Notes under the pieces: model-generated | The model's input: only the letters and a program-made list of their open reading frames with translations | Database searches by the model: none | Told to the model about the DNA's origin: nothing | Shown: positions 1-12,777 of the stretch, in pieces | How the letters are laid out: the number at the start of each line of letters is the position of its first letter | Numbering within the stretch: position 1 is the first letter of the stretch | Assembly (NCBI GenBank): GCA_043228905.1 | Contig: JBHGNT010000021.1 | Span: 11,222,001-11,286,000, forward strand | Origin: Azolla caroliniana | Lineage: Eukaryota; Plantae; Polypodiophyta | Length of the DNA stretch: 64,000 bases | Reading direction: 5' to 3' | Position numbers and translations under genes: made by a program

Positions 1-1372
1 CGGGCACACCGTTTTGCTCTGGTGTGTATCTACAACTGAATTCTCTTTGAATTCGCTTTCGCCGTAGATAACTGATGAATTGGCTGGAAAAGTATTCTTT
101 TCTGCCATCCGACCGCAAGCACTTTGTCTTCCTCTCCGTTTCCCGTTCAACTAAGTTTTGAAGGTTCTAGAAACATTCGAAGACTTCGCTCTTCCTCTCA
201 ATGAGGTAAATCCATGTGTGTCGTCTTTAGTCGTCGATAAAGGAGACGAAGTATTGACTCTTGCCAAGACTAACGTTTTGTGTTGGTCCCCATAAATCCG
301 AATGGATTAGATCAGGCTTGTTACGGCTCCGATTTCGTTTGGTGTGGAATGGAAGCCGGTGTTGCTTCCCGAGTTGGCAGGCTTCACAAATTTGGGCCTT
401 CCGGCCACTGAATTTCGGCAAGCCGAACACAACCTATCTCGATTGCAGGTCATGAAGACTTGGGTAATTGATGTGGTGGATCAGCTTGTGCCAGAGATCG
501 ATGTCTGATTCAATCTTTTGGCCTTTGGCAAACATGGTGGTGCCGACGTCATTAGTGTTGAGGATATACAACCTCCCTTCTCTGCGCCCTTGCGCAATTA
601 TCCGGCCTTCTTGCTCGATGAAGCACTCGAGGTACGTAAACCGCACTTGCATCCTCTCGTCGATGATTTGTCCAACCGACACCAAGCTCTTTGTGATAGT
701 TGGAATGTGTAGTACGTTCATCAGCTTCCCCTTTTGCCCGACATGGCTTAAAGGGACTTCTTCGACATGCACAATTGGGTGAGAGGTGTTGTCTTCGGTT
801 TCAACAATCCCCGGTTTTTCCGATTTCTTAGTAAAAGAGAACCACTCTTCATGGCTCGTCATGTGGTTGGACACTCCGGAATCAACGTATCATACTTCCA
901 CTGATTTGGAAGTAGTCTTCTTCATCAAGTTAGCCTTGTGCTTCATTTCAAAGACTGGCCTGGCCCTTTACCGGTTTTCCCGGTTTCGGATCCTTCTGAT
1001 CCTTTTGCATAGTGCGAGCTTTGCCGGTTTTCCCGACCGGCTTTGCAAGATCCGGATTTGTCCGAATCTGACTTTCGTGTCGTGGTACTAGCGGTGAAAA
1101 TCTTCCAGAGATTTTCCTAGGCCTCCTTTGGCGTTTTTGCATCTTTGATGTAGCTGAGCATGTAATCATGCACACCGGACACAAGGTAGTACAATACTCG
1201 GCTCTCTCTTTGCTCCCATGCCAGGAAGTCCTTGTGTGCCGGCTCTCAAGCTAGCTTGTTGGTTCCTTCCACATAGCTCCAATATCCATGCCCTAGCAAG
1301 TATTGACCAGGATGCATAGTTGCTCCGGTCAGGCTTTTCTATGGGAAGCGAACTTGCCATACCTCTATCCAT
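1..1372 (-). pseudogene. Degenerate Ty1/copia gag-protease-integrase fragment (same family as copia-A/B), continues off the left edge
   Basis: Gag start MDRGMASSLPIEK at 1372; protease (WYVDSG.SNHMTS), GAG-pre-integrase (DIDLWHK) and integrase zinc finger/core (CEACQLGKQHR...HSDLWGP...FIDD) in ORFs 434-874 and 227-430; stops, frameshifts and a large gag deletion near 1090. Confidence 0.92.
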
Positions 1373-1407
1373 TTCGGTTCTTTTGTCTATTGGTGCCAGG
1401 TATTAGG

Positions 1408-1832
1408 TGTTGAGCGGCAAGCTCAACCGGAGCCGGATCGGTTGAATAAGCCTGAGCCGGTAAGCGAGAGGAATCGGTATGCCGGTGAGCAACCGAGCCG
1501 GTAAGCAGTAAGGACCGGTAAGCAAGAGGAGCCGATATGCCGGATCCAATCCGTAACCGGAAGCCTAGTATAGGTTAGACTACTAGGCAGTTATAGTCTC
1601 GTAGTTAGTGTCAGATGCTCGTATGAGCATTGAAGTACACTGTACTTCTAACAGTCCCGTGTGGACTTGTATAAATAACGCTGATGAGCGCGTTGTAGAT
1701 ACAGAGCACAGAGTATTAATATAATCTTGAAAAATAGTGTGTTTTGCTCTCTCACTCTCTGTCTCTCTCGCGTACTCTCTCTCTCTCTCTGTGTATTGTT
1801 CTTTCCAACGCTTTCGCAAGAAATCTTTTACA
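1408..1832 (+). repeat. 5' LTR of copia-A
   Basis: Begins TGTTGAGCGGCAAGCTCAAC (like copia-B LTR TGTTGAGAGACAAGCTCAAC), TATA-like TTGTATAAAT ~1668, CT microsatellite, ends TTTTACA directly before the PBS. Confidence 0.88.
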
Positions 1833-1844
1833 TGGTATCAGAGC
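1833..1844 (+). promoter_or_regulatory. Primer binding site, tRNA-iMet
   Basis: TGGTATCAGAGC immediately after LTR. Confidence 0.95.
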
Positions 1845-1927
1845 GTGTGGGTTGAGAACCTCTGCTGCAGACATCTACGCTTGTGAAGGAAACCCTAACA
1901 GATCGGAAAACAAACACAAAAGGAGAA

Positions 1928-4900
1928 ATGGACAGAGGTATGGCTACGTCATTCCCGGTGGAGAAGCTCAACAGAACCAACTATGCATCTTGGTCATACA
2001 AGATGCACTAGTACCTGCTTGGGCATGGCTACTGGAGTTATGTCGACGGAGTGAACGACTCAGCACCGGAGACGACACACAAGGACTTCCCAGTGTGGGA
2101 ACAAGCGGCAAGCAGGGTGATGTACTACTTCGTGTCTAGTGTTGATGACCAGTTGCTCAGCCATATCCGTGATGCCAAGACACCGAAGGATGCTTGGGGA
2201 AACTTGAAAAAGGTCTTCGCCGCAAGCACCACTGCCAGGAAGCTGCAACTCAGACAGGAGTTGAGCAATGTTCGACAGAAGAACATGTCGGTGGCAGATT
2301 ACACAAACTGGATCAAAGGGATCTGTGACTGGCTTGCCTCTATTAACGTCACCGTAGAGGAAGACGAGATGGTGCAGGTCTGTCTTGGAGGCCTGGCGTC
2401 CAAGTTCGGAGCTTTCCGGACTGCGGTTTGTACAAGGGAGAATACGCCCTCATTTTTCGACTTACAGTCGATGCTCCTTGTAGAGGAGAACCACGCCAGT
2501 GCATCTACCAGTGCATCCCCAGACAACCAGATGTTGTACACGGGAGCGGATCGGTCCCGCGGGTGTGGTGGACGAGGCAGGTTGGAACTAAGGCACAATG
2601 AGCATGCCGACAGCAGTTTAGGGACTTCCACAAGGAGGGGGAGTCAAGGTGGTGCCGGAGGCCGGCAAGACAAACCCGCTACGGAATGCTGGTACTGTGG
2701 CAAAAAGGGCCACAAGGAAAGCGACTGTTGGAGAAAGCGTGCCGATTTGGAAAAATCCGGATCCGGCAAGACCGGTAAGGAAGGCCGGCAAAGCTCGCAC
2801 TACGCAAACGGATCAGGAGGATCCAAGAACGGTAAGGGGCCAGCCTTGGTGATGAAGCACAAGGCAAACTCAATGAAGAAGACCACTTCCAAATCGGAGG
2901 AACTGTGGTATGTTGACTCCGGCGCATCGAACCACATGACGAGCCATGGGGAGTGGTTCTCCTTTTTGGAGAAGTCAGATCAACCGGGAGTTGTCGAAAC
3001 CGGAGATGACACTCCCCACCCGATCGTGCACGTCAAAGAAGTTCCTTTGAGCCATGTTGGACAGAGGGGGAAGCTGATGAATGTATTACATGTTCCAACA
3101 ATCACGAAGAACCTGGTATCGGTCGGACAGATCGTCGACCAAGGGATGCAGGTGCGGTTTACGCACCTCGGGTGCTTCATTGAGGATGAGGGCGAAGTTA
3201 TTGCACAAGGGCGCAGAGATGGGAGGATGTTTATCCTCAACACCAATGATGTCGGCACTACACTGTTCGCCAAAGGACAGAAGGTCGAGTCAGATATCGA
3301 CCTGTGGCACAAGCGCATCGGCCACGTCCACTACCGGAGGCTTCAAGACTTGCAAACGAAACAAGTCGTTTTCGGTTCGCCAAAGTTTAGCGGCCGGAGA
3401 GCCTAGATTTGTGAAGCCTGCCAACTCGGGAAGCAACACCGGCTTCCATTCCCCACTGAAAGAAATCGAAGCTGTAACAAGCTCGATCTTATCCATTTGA
3501 ATGTGTGGGGACTGGCACAAAATGTTAGCATTGGTGGGAGTCGATATTTCGTCTCCTTCATCGACGACTACACGCAGCATACGTGGATCTACCTCATTGA
3601 GCGGAAGAGCAAAGTCTTCGAGTGTTTCCGGAGCCTCCAGAAGATGGTGGAACGGGAATCAGAGAGGAAGATCAAATGCCTACGGTCGGATGGCGGAAAA
3701 GAGTACTTTTCCGGCCAATTCAACAACTATCTACAACAAAAAGGAATTCGGCGAGAATTCAGCTGCAGATACACACCGCAATAGAACGGTGTGGCCGAAA
3801 GGAAGAATCAGTCGTTGATTGACGCGGCTAGGGCAATGCTGGAGGAAAAGAGCATGCCCAAGTTCTACTAGGCAAAGGCGGTCCAAACGGCCGTTTACAT
3901 CCAGAACCAGATCGGGGACAAGGTGTTAGCTCACGAGCTGTATTTCGGGCGCAAGCGGAATTTGAGACACCTCCGGATATTCGGCAGCATAGCCTATGTA
4001 CATGTGCCGGATGAGAAGCGGAGAAAGGTGGATGCAAAATCGGAAAAATGCATCCTAGTCGGCTATGCTCAAGAGCAAAAGGGGTATAAGTGTTATAACC
4101 CCCGAACGAAGCAGGTCTGAGTCAGCCGAGATGTCAAGTTTGATGAATCGGCATCGTGGTATTCCTTACCGACTCCGACTTCCGATCCTGACCCGATGAC
4201 GGAGGCTAGGGCTAGTGAGCCCGAACCGGCCCAGGTAGAGAAAGATGAAGTCGGGACTCAAGATGAGAGTCCGGAATCGTTTCGGTTAAGCGGACCGAAT
4301 GAGAGACTGGATCAGTCCAACCAGTCAGATGATGAGACGGAGAGTAGTGGAGACTCTGTCGTGCTCTCCCCGCGCAAGGAACCGAGGAGACGGTTCACAC
4401 GCAAAGAGAAAGGGAAGTAGAAGATGCCGTAATTCGAGACGGGCAATGATGAGTCGGATCGGTGCGTATCTGACTTCGACAAGGACATAGGTAGATCTTC
4501 GGGAACGAAGACCGAACCGGCCAAGAAGGGTCTCATACCGAGTAACGGTGAGTTATGCCGGTCCACCCGCCAGAAGCATCCCGTTAAACGGTACGGGTAT
4601 AACGAGTACATGGCGCATCATTATGCGTACATGACCAAGGTCGCGGAAGTGCGTGAGTCGGAGAGCTACGCAGAAGCGACAAAGGACGCAAATTGGCGTG
4701 CCACTATGGAGGATGAAATGCGGGCACTGGATGCCAACGGAACTTGGGACCTGGTTGACCCTCCCCGTCACTGTAAACCGATCGGATGCAAGTGGGTGTA
4801 CAAGGTAAAGTACAATGCCGACGGTACAGTTAACCGGTACAAGGCCCGGTTAGTGGCGAAGGGATATGCGTAGACCCACGGAATCGACTACGACGAGACC

Positions 4901-6310
4901 TTCGCTCCTGTAGCGAAGATGACGACGGTTCGTGTGGTACTGGCGGTTGTTGCGGCAAGGGGGTGGCATCTTCATCAAATGGATGTGAAGAATGCCTTCC
5001 TTCAAGGAGATCTTGAAGAAGAAGTCTTTATGACTCAACCCCTCGGATTTCAGTAGGAGATGAACAAGTCTGCGGTATGCCGGCTGAGGAAGTCGTTGTA
5101 CGGCTTGAAGCAAGCACCCCGTGCTTGGAATGTTAAGATCACGCACCGGTTGCGAAAGATGGGGTTTGTTGCCTCTAAGTTGGACTCTTCCCTGTTCATC
5201 CGTCAAGGCTCAAACGGTCTGGTATGTATCTTAGTCTATGTTGATGATTTAGTCATCACCGGCCCAGGTCTTCCGGAAATCAACCGCGTCAAGTCCCAGT
5301 TGTCAGAGGCATTCGATATGAAGGACTTGGGGGACCTTCATTATTTTTTGGGGATTGAGGTGATACGCACCCCTGATGGCATATTGCTTTCTCAACGCCA
5401 TTATGTGTTGAATATGTTGTACAAGTTTGGCATGACGGAATGTTGACCTGTCTCCACACCCCTGAACCGGAATCAGAAGATCCGCCCCAACTCCGGACCA
5501 ACCTGCGATGAGAAACGGTTCCGACAAATAGTCGGAAGCCTGATCTACTTGACCATCACTTGACCCGACATTAACTATCCGGTTAGAGTGGTAAGCCAAT
5601 TCATGCAAAAGCCGACCGTGGAGCACCTTCAATGCGCGCAACGAATACTAAGGTATGTAAGCGGCACTAAGGACCGGGGGCTCTTATATCGGCAAGGTAT
5701 AACCGAAGAGCTTGTCGGCTACACGGATGCCGATTGGGCTGGCGATGCAATGGATCGTCACTCAACTTCCGGCTTTATGTTTTCTCTTGGGAGCGCAGCT
5801 GTTGCGTGGAGCAGCAAAAAGCAGCCAATAGTGGCTCTATCCAGCACTGAGGTTGAATACCGGGGCGCGACCGTTGCCACCTGCGAAGCCGTTTGGTTTC
5901 ATTGACTACTGCAAGACCTGCGGATTGAGGTACCGACCCCGATCCTGATCTACTGTGATAACCTCAGCAACATGCAGCTGGCCAAGAACCCTGTGTTCCA
6001 TGCTTGCACAAAGCACATAGAAGTGCATTATCACTTCGTGCGTGAGCGGGTCCTGAGCAGTGAAGTTGAACTACGGTATGTTCACACGGATCGGCAAGTT
6101 GCCGACATCTTCACCAAGCCGCTTGGGTCGGACAAGTTGCAGCACTTTGCCGAAATGCTTGGTGTTCAGCATCTCGACGTGCCGCACTTGAGGGGGAGAC
6201 GCAAGGGTAAAGACACTACCGAAATGGGCAAAGGCAAAACTGTTGAACCCGTAGGTAAGAGAAGAACCAGTAGAGGTGGCGACAAGAAGAAAAATGAAGC
6301 CGAGTCGATG
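1928..6310 (+). pseudogene. copia-A gag-pol pseudogene
   Basis: Zinc knuckle CWYCGKKGHKESDC, protease WYVDSGASNHMT, integrase, RT (YKARLVAKG, LYGLKQAPRAW, VYVDD), RNase H (YTDADWA, KHIEVHYHFVRE); many in-frame stops. Confidence 0.93.
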
Positions 6311-7465
6311 AAAGCCAACCATTCGACGTAGCATCTCACCGTAGCTGAGGTTGATGCATCAAAAATCGCAGAGTTCACACTATCCCTTGATGGACCCACT
6401 GCACGGTGGTATTCCTGCCATGATCCCAGGGAGTTTGTGATGACTCAGGACATCTATAATTGATTTCTTGAACTTTTCCACTATGAGATACCTAAGCAAG
6501 AACTGCTCCGTCAATTCTACGCTATTGCATAAGAACTGCATGAAATGGTTTCCCAGTTTATGATCCGCTTCCAAGATCTCTATCGGAAACTCACCCAAGA
6601 TGTGTCTACTAATCATTTAAAAGACACATTCCTTGCAAGACTACGGGAGCCTCTGTGTATGACTCTCGCATTGACCAACTTCTCATAGCAGGCAATCGAG
6701 TAGGTGGTCGCCCACGTGCTTGCTGTGGACAGAGCCCAACGTAGTACCTCTTTTTTGAAATGTATGACATGCTCAAATTCCGGTCACTCGGTCGTGGATT
6801 TCCCTCTTCATCCACACTACCTTATCTACCACTCCCAGCTGCATATGGTAGAGAATCGGGATGCCGAGCGGCCCTGGTATGAGGATCGTCATCGACGTGA
6901 AGATCGCTACCAACCCGTGGAGGATAGCTATTGCCAGGACAATAGATACCGTCTCGAGGAAGAGCGTTACCGGCCATAAAATCGGCCTCAAGACGATCGT
7001 TTCCGGTCTAAAGAGGACTGTTATTGCCCTATAGAGTACTACTATCACGACTACGATCGGGACGACTATTATGAACCACGATATCAAAGGCACGATTAGT
7101 AGCCTCCCCAGAATAATCGAGGTCCTTGGCAATTGGAAAATAATCAACGACCTCTGGATAATCATCTTTGGGATCCACCTCGCCTTGATGATCGTTGGTT
7201 TCTCCCTCACACCGAGCCTCGAGATGATCACCACCACCGCGCCACCCCAGGAAGAAACCTCTCGACCTCACTCAACGACTCATCAACCGACACATTATGC
7301 CACTCACTATCCAACCAATGATCGTGACAAAGGACCTGCAGTCAATATCATTACAACCGAGGTTAAACAGGTCCCAACCAAAAGCTAGGCACACTCCACG
7401 CAATGGGATATCCAGGATGATGTTCGTCAAGCCGCAAAGGAATGGACCAAGAAAGAAAATAACAT
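6309..7465 (+). pseudogene. Ancient gag relic of the ORF2-bearing gypsy family (T0)
   Basis: Translates to ANHST*HLTVAEVDASKIAEF...FLKCMTCSNSGHS...PAVNIITTEVKQV, collinear with T2 Gag ANHVSQRLTEPEADRSKVAEF...LQCTTCLNSGHS...PAVNMVTAEVQQV. Confidence 0.85.
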
Positions 7466-7558
7466 TGTCGTGGAGAAAACCGTCCCTAGGCGGAAACCGG
7501 GTATAACGTGCGTAAACATGCCCTTACACGTGGGCACAATTTTTGTTGTATAGTACGT

Positions 7559-8076
7559 TGTCGCGTTGTTACGCGCGTGCGTGTAGAAGGCGCGGGACCA
7601 CGGGGGTCTTGGACTAGGGAGTAGAGGAGAAAGAATAAGACACAAAATGGAAGCTTAGCTCAAGAGGAGGTGAGAAAGGATAAGACAATAATATAGAATA
7701 GACGGGCAAGATGCTCAACAAGTTAGCTTAAGGAAATATAAACGCTTTACAATGGTGGCCGCCATGGCCGCACCAAACGACTATATCAAAAACCCTAAAG
7801 GAAAACCCAAGAAGAAAACCCTAACCAAAACCCTAAAACCGAATAGGAAACCTTTGACCTAAGTGGTATGCCTCTCTCCCTCAAAATAGGCAACCCCTCA
7901 GAAGTGACCCCTCCCTTCCTTTTATAGCCCAAGGAGGGAGGGACCTTACAATGTGGGATAGAGTTTCCCCTCTTATTTCTATACACCATTTCTTAGTATA
8001 TATGTGCACATGGTGCACACCACCGATTTGCCTATTCCACCCCGGTTTCCGCCTATGGACGAAAATCTTCACGACA
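7559..8076 (-). repeat. 3' LTR of N1
   Basis: Direct repeat of 11667-12184 (about 9 substitutions by eye); preceded on minus strand by G-rich GGTGGGGGCGGA. Confidence 0.95.
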
Positions 8077-8529
8077 TCCGCCCCCACCAAACCGCACATC
8101 CACCGGTATGTGCCAAGAAAGGAGAAGAGGCGAGATTTTTCGGCCATGGTGATAAAACCGAGGTCCACCGTGTCCTCATTGGCCTTGCTCGGCTTCGTTT
8201 TCCATTTCGAGCACGCCCATCCCTTCCACATGAACCGTCGTAGCATCCCGTTCCACCGTATCCGTAGCACGTCCTCGAGCCGACGGCTCCAACCGATCCA
8301 CCACGTCCACCGTGTGTCCCCGAAACATTGACTCCATCCGAACCGCCATATCCACCGCATTCACCTTCCTCCCCGGTTAGTCCTCCCGAACGCCATTGCT
8401 GAGCCGGTCACTCTTTCTTTGTCCTCCACGTAGGTCCTCCGATTAGACCCTTGGTCACCCCGTTTGCTCGCCGGATTCTGCCCCTCGCGTACCGCTTGTG
8501 TTCTATCTGCAATTCGATCCTCTCTTCAT

Positions 8530-9400
8530 CTCGAACACCTCACGCTGATTCCCTCCGTTCCGTGCTCACCTTCTGTAGGCTCTTTCCGTGTGCCCTTGTT
8601 GTCTCCCGAACATGCGCTCGTTCTTCGTTCCCTTGGCGACCTCATTATGCGCTCCTCGCTTCTCCTTTGCTCACTGTGCTCTCTCGCTGTAGAGCGTACC
8701 GTCATCCCGACCACCATGTCAGTGCCCTTCGCGACTCCCGTTACCGCTTCATCCCGACTCTCGTCCTCTTGGCCTTCTTGGCCTCGCATGCCTTCCGGGA
8801 TGCCACGCTTCCTCTTCTCGGCGCGTAGCCCGTCGCTCTCCTCGCACCTCCTCCGGTTCTCAAGACAAAGCCTTCCATGCTCGCCGATCATCCACCGATA
8901 CCGGCACCTCACCACTCCGTCTCTCGTCGTGTGCATTCCTCGCAAAGGCTTGTATGTCCTCCAGGTGCGCTCCCGATCTCTCCGATCGCACTCTAGATTC
9001 CGCCCTTTTCGTGCCGCATATATTCCTCCTTTAGTTTTATCGTCTCCGCATGTCGAACACCTCGGTGTGTCGACTCTTCCCGCTCCGCGCTTGCCTTCCG
9101 TAGGCTCTTCCCGTGCGCCGATGTTGTCCCCCGAATATGTGCCCATTCTTTGGCCCTTAGGTGACCCCATTACGCGCACCTCGATTCTCCCTTCCTCTCT
9201 GTGCTCTCTCGTAGTAGAGTGTATCGTCATCCCGGCCTCCGTGTCGGTGTCCCTCGAGGCTCTCGTTACCGCCTCGCCTCGACTTGCGCCTTCTTGGCCT
9301 GCCTAGCCCGCTCGGCCGCACACATCCTTTGGGATGCCCCGTTTGCTCCTCACGGTACGTGACCCTCCGTTCTCCACGCATCCCCTTCGTTTTCCCAGAC
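8530..9400. repeat. Two diverged internal direct repeats in N1
   Basis: TCGAACACCTC...TAGGCTCTT.CCGTG...GGGATGCC block at ~8530-8870 and again at ~9050-9400. Confidence 0.7.
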
Positions 9401-10807
9401 ACAATCCTTCGTTCATGCTGATCACGCTCGTCTCATTCCATCGATCCTAGCATCTCGTCGCACCGTCCGTCGTCCCACGCTTGCCTCTCGAAGGCTTCCT
9501 CCAACCGTCATCATTGGTCACTCGTTGTGGCTCCTCCGAATGCACGCTTGCTTCTTGGCCCTTCGTCGGCCGTAGTGCATGCTCCATTTTACGTCGTACT
9601 GCATACTTCGTATTACGCGCCTCATCCACCGTAAACCCGACCTCCGCGTTGGTCTCTTCATCCTTCGTTGTCGTAGACCATTCCGACTCAGGCTTGCCGT
9701 CTTGGCCCCACTCGTCCATTATTTCATACCGGATATCTACACCGGTCTCCAACTCCGCATCGGCCTCTAACTCCTCGCCGCCACCCTCCGTCTCTTTGGT
9801 CTTATGTTGATCCGCAACCGCCGAAGTCTCAAGAATAGGTGTGGAGGGTTCCCCTTGCTCTCGGTCTTCCGCCAAGCCGTAATCACCGTGCCCGGTTAGC
9901 CTCCTTCTTGCGCTCACCGGCTCCCACCGCGTGTTGTGGCTCGTACGCCTCGGCCTCCAATCATGCTGACATAGCCTTCGCCTGGATCGGTCTCGACCGA
10001 TCAAGTTCTGGTTTGGTTGGCTCCCTTTCCTAACCGTAACCGGCCGGTACATGTTTGTCCGCACAAATCCGGCCTTGCTAGCTCTTCTTCGGTTTGGGCC
10101 CGGTTGACCAAACCCCACTCCAATCTTCTTCCGCCTTCTCTTCCGATCGGGTCGGTTCCCGACTCTCTCCTCCTTGCCGTTCCCGACCTCTCCGTCGGTC
10201 CTCTTGTATATGCCCGTTCTGGGCCTCGCGTCCTCATCTTCGCATGTGTTCGCTCTGGGCCATGCCTCCTCACGGCCACCGTCCTTCTCTCCGGTCTCAT
10301 GTTGGCATTTGAGCACAACCGCCGCAGTCTCCGGCCCCGGTGTCGAGAGGTCTCTCCTCTATTCGCTATGACCTTCCTCGTCGTCGTTTCGATCGTCCGT
10401 TTTGCCGTCGCCGCCGCCCATCGCTCTAGGTCTCACGTGGGCTCTCGGGCCGACCGCTGGAGCCTCTAGGGCCGGTGTGGGTAAGGTCCCGGCACCTCCG
10501 CTCGTCGTTGCTATAGCCGCCTCCGTCTAGACATCGTTGTCTGCGGCTCCCCCATCTCTGATTCCGCAAGCCTCGATTATGCTTGCCGCCCCTTCTTCCT
10601 CGCTTTCCTTGCCGTTGTCGTGGTTGCCCTCCTTGTCGCCGCCACCGCCCGTTGCTCTAGGTCTCACGCCGGCACTCGGGCCGGCCGCCGGAGCCTCTAG
10701 GATGGGTGTGGGTAAGGACTCGGCACCGCTGCTCGTTGTGTCTGTAGCCGCCTCCGTTTGGACTTTGTTGTCCACGGCTAACCCACCTCCGATTATGCAA
10801 GCCTCAA

Positions 10808-11629
10808 TTATGCTTGCCGCCTCTTCTTCGTCGCCGTTTCAGCCACCCGCCTTCCCGCTTGATGTTTTGGGCCACCTTGCCCCGAATCCTCCACCCACTC
10901 TCGAAGTGGCGCTTCCCGCTCCGTAGTCATTGGCCTCATCCATGGTTGTCCATTCGCCACAAGACGAGAGGGTCGCTCTCTCCACACCCTCTCCCATTTT
11001 GCCGTTGCACGCTCTTTCGGCCTCCGCATAGGCCCCTTCACGCGTAGGGAGGCTTCTTCCTCCGCATCCTTCGATCCGCTTGGGCCCAACTCCGTAATAA
11101 GCCATTCCTCGGCTTCGAACTTCACCTTCACGATCTTGCACGCCTCCCATACCAACACCTCGAAGTTGTACTCCTCCGGTTGATCGCGCGTCAAGCTCTT
11201 TTCCGGCGGTGGTGTTAAGCCACCCACCGCCCTCTCTTTTCTGTCGCTCGCGGGCCAAGTCGTTGCCGACTGCTCCCCATCATATTGCTGACATACCCAC
11301 TTTGGTTTCGCGTATCCGTATGCCTCCATTAGAGCTCCCTCGAAGGACTCCCACGACTCTTGAGCTTCTTGAAGCTCCTTGACCTCTTTATGCACCAATA
11401 CGACCGCCACTCGACGAAAATACTCTAGACGCATCGCTTTGTCCACGCCCCACTCCGTCATCTCGACATCGTATGCTTCCAAGAACCTCGGGACATCATC
11501 CCCGTTGAATCGGCCGACTCGATCCTCGACGGCTTGTTGAGCCGCATCTCGCCTCGCCTTTTTCCGTCGTGCATCCATTACCATCTTTGCCATCATCTCC
11601 TCGAAGTCGAAGTCTTCTTCCATCTCCAT
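10808..11629 (-). CDS. Truncated Gag-like protein of N1 (273 aa)
   Basis: VGRFNGDDVPRFLEAY...SWESFEGALMEAYG aligns to Y-family Gag IGRFNGKDAMKYLASY...EEFEGRLLEKYG; starts just after the PBS. Confidence 0.75.
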   Translation of the reverse strand: MEMEEDFDFEEMMAKMVMDARRKKARRDAAQQAVEDRVGRFNGDDVPRFLEAYDVEMTEWGVDKAMRLEYFRRVAVVLVHKEVKELQEAQESWESFEGALMEAYGYAKPKWVCQQYDGEQSATTWPASDRKERAVGGLTPPPEKSLTRDQPEEYNFEVLVWEACKIVKVKFEAEEWLITELGPSGSKDAEEEASLRVKGPMRRPKERATAKWERVWRERPSRLVANGQPWMRPMTTEREAPLREWVEDSGQGGPKHQAGRRVAETATKKRRQA

Positions 11630-11644
11630 GCTCCCTTGCCACCC

Positions 11645-11663
11645 TTCACGTCGGGTTCACCCA
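11645..11663 (-). promoter_or_regulatory. Primer binding site, tRNA-Trp (N1)
   Basis: Minus strand TGGGTGAACCCGACGTGAA, complementary to plant tRNA-Trp 3' end TTCACGTCGGGTTCACCA (one extra G). Confidence 0.85.
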
Positions 11664-11666
11664 AGA

Positions 11667-12184
11667 TCTCGCGTTGTTACGCACGTGCGTGTAGAAGGGG
11701 CGGGACCACGGGGGTCTTGGACTAGGGAGTAGAGGAGAAAGAATAAGACACAAAATGGAAGCTTAGCTCAAGAGGAGGTGAGAAAGGATAAGACAATAAT
11801 ATAGAATAGACGGGCAAGATGCTCAACAAGTTAGCTTAAGGAAATATGAACGCTTTACAATGGTGGCCGCCATGGCCGCACCAAACGACTATATCAAAAA
11901 CCCTAAAGGAAAACCCAAGAAGAAAACCCTAACCGAAACCCTAAAACCGAATAGGAAACCCTTGACCTAAGTGGTATGCGTCTCTCCCTCAAAATAGGCA
12001 ACCCCTCATAAGTGACCCCTCCCTTCCTTTTATAGCCCAAGGAGGGAGGGACCTTACAATGTGGGATAGAGTTTCCCCTCTTATTTCTATACACCATTTC
12101 TTAGTATATATGTGCACATGGTGCACACCACTGATTTGCCTATTCCACCCCGGTTTCCGCCTATGGACGAAAATCTTCACGACA
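11667..12184 (-). repeat. 5' LTR of N1
   Basis: Direct repeat of 7559-8076; starts TGTCGTGAAGATTTTCG on minus strand, terminal CA mutated to GA. Confidence 0.95.
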
Positions 12185-12777
12185 ACGTAGGTAGGTACAA
12201 GTCGCCTGAGGCGAAATCCTAGGTAGCACGCATTCGGTAGGGAGAAAATCGAGGTGTATCCCTATCCGAAAGGATAGGGAATAAAACATGATGTAACCGG
12301 TAGTAATGAACTCCCTCCTGGGGTTACAAAAGAGAGGGAGAGGCACTCACAGGGGCTATCACGTTTTTGTGGAGGACGAAGTGCTACCGGACTGGAACCG
12401 AGCGCTTCTCCTCTCCTCTATCGTCACCATAGTCGTTCTGTGCAGGTTTCGGGAGGCCGACTCTGCTCTGCAGAACGCCCGAGTGCTTCCGACAGAGTCT
12501 CCATCTCGCGTTTTGTCTGTTTGCGTGTGTCTGTGTGTGCAAGCGTCGGAGCCCATCACTCGCCGGCTTGCCGGTTGGTACTCCTTGATATATATATATA
12601 TACATAATCATTCGTTCTGTCTCCATCTCGCGTTTGGTAGTTAGTCGCAACTCGTATGATTCTGTGTGTGTCAATTCACGTTTGAATTACATCGGTAGTT
12701 TCCTTCCCCTCTCTCGGTTCGAGGCCCCTGTGGTCCCTCCTCGTTCTCCACGCACGCGCGTAACAACGTGACATATT

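Larger units (their letters stand above)
1408..6310 (+). mobile_element. Ty1/copia LTR retrotransposon copia-A, 3'-truncated (no matching 3' LTR found)
   Basis: TG...CA LTR, iMet PBS, then gag-PR-INT-RT-RNaseH in copia order; sequence switches to gypsy gag at ~6309. Confidence 0.92.
7559..12184 (-). mobile_element. Non-autonomous LTR element N1 (Gag N-terminus only; TR-GAG/LARD-like) nested in the Y1 LTR
   Basis: Two 518-bp near-identical LTRs, 4-bp TSD ACGT (7555-7558 / 12185-12188), tRNA-Trp PBS, no pol motifs. Confidence 0.92.

Noticed and set aside
8004-10800. Many 100-290 aa ORFs on both strands inside N1
   Set aside because: GC-rich, low-complexity duplicated sequence with no recognisable domains; treated as decayed or spurious
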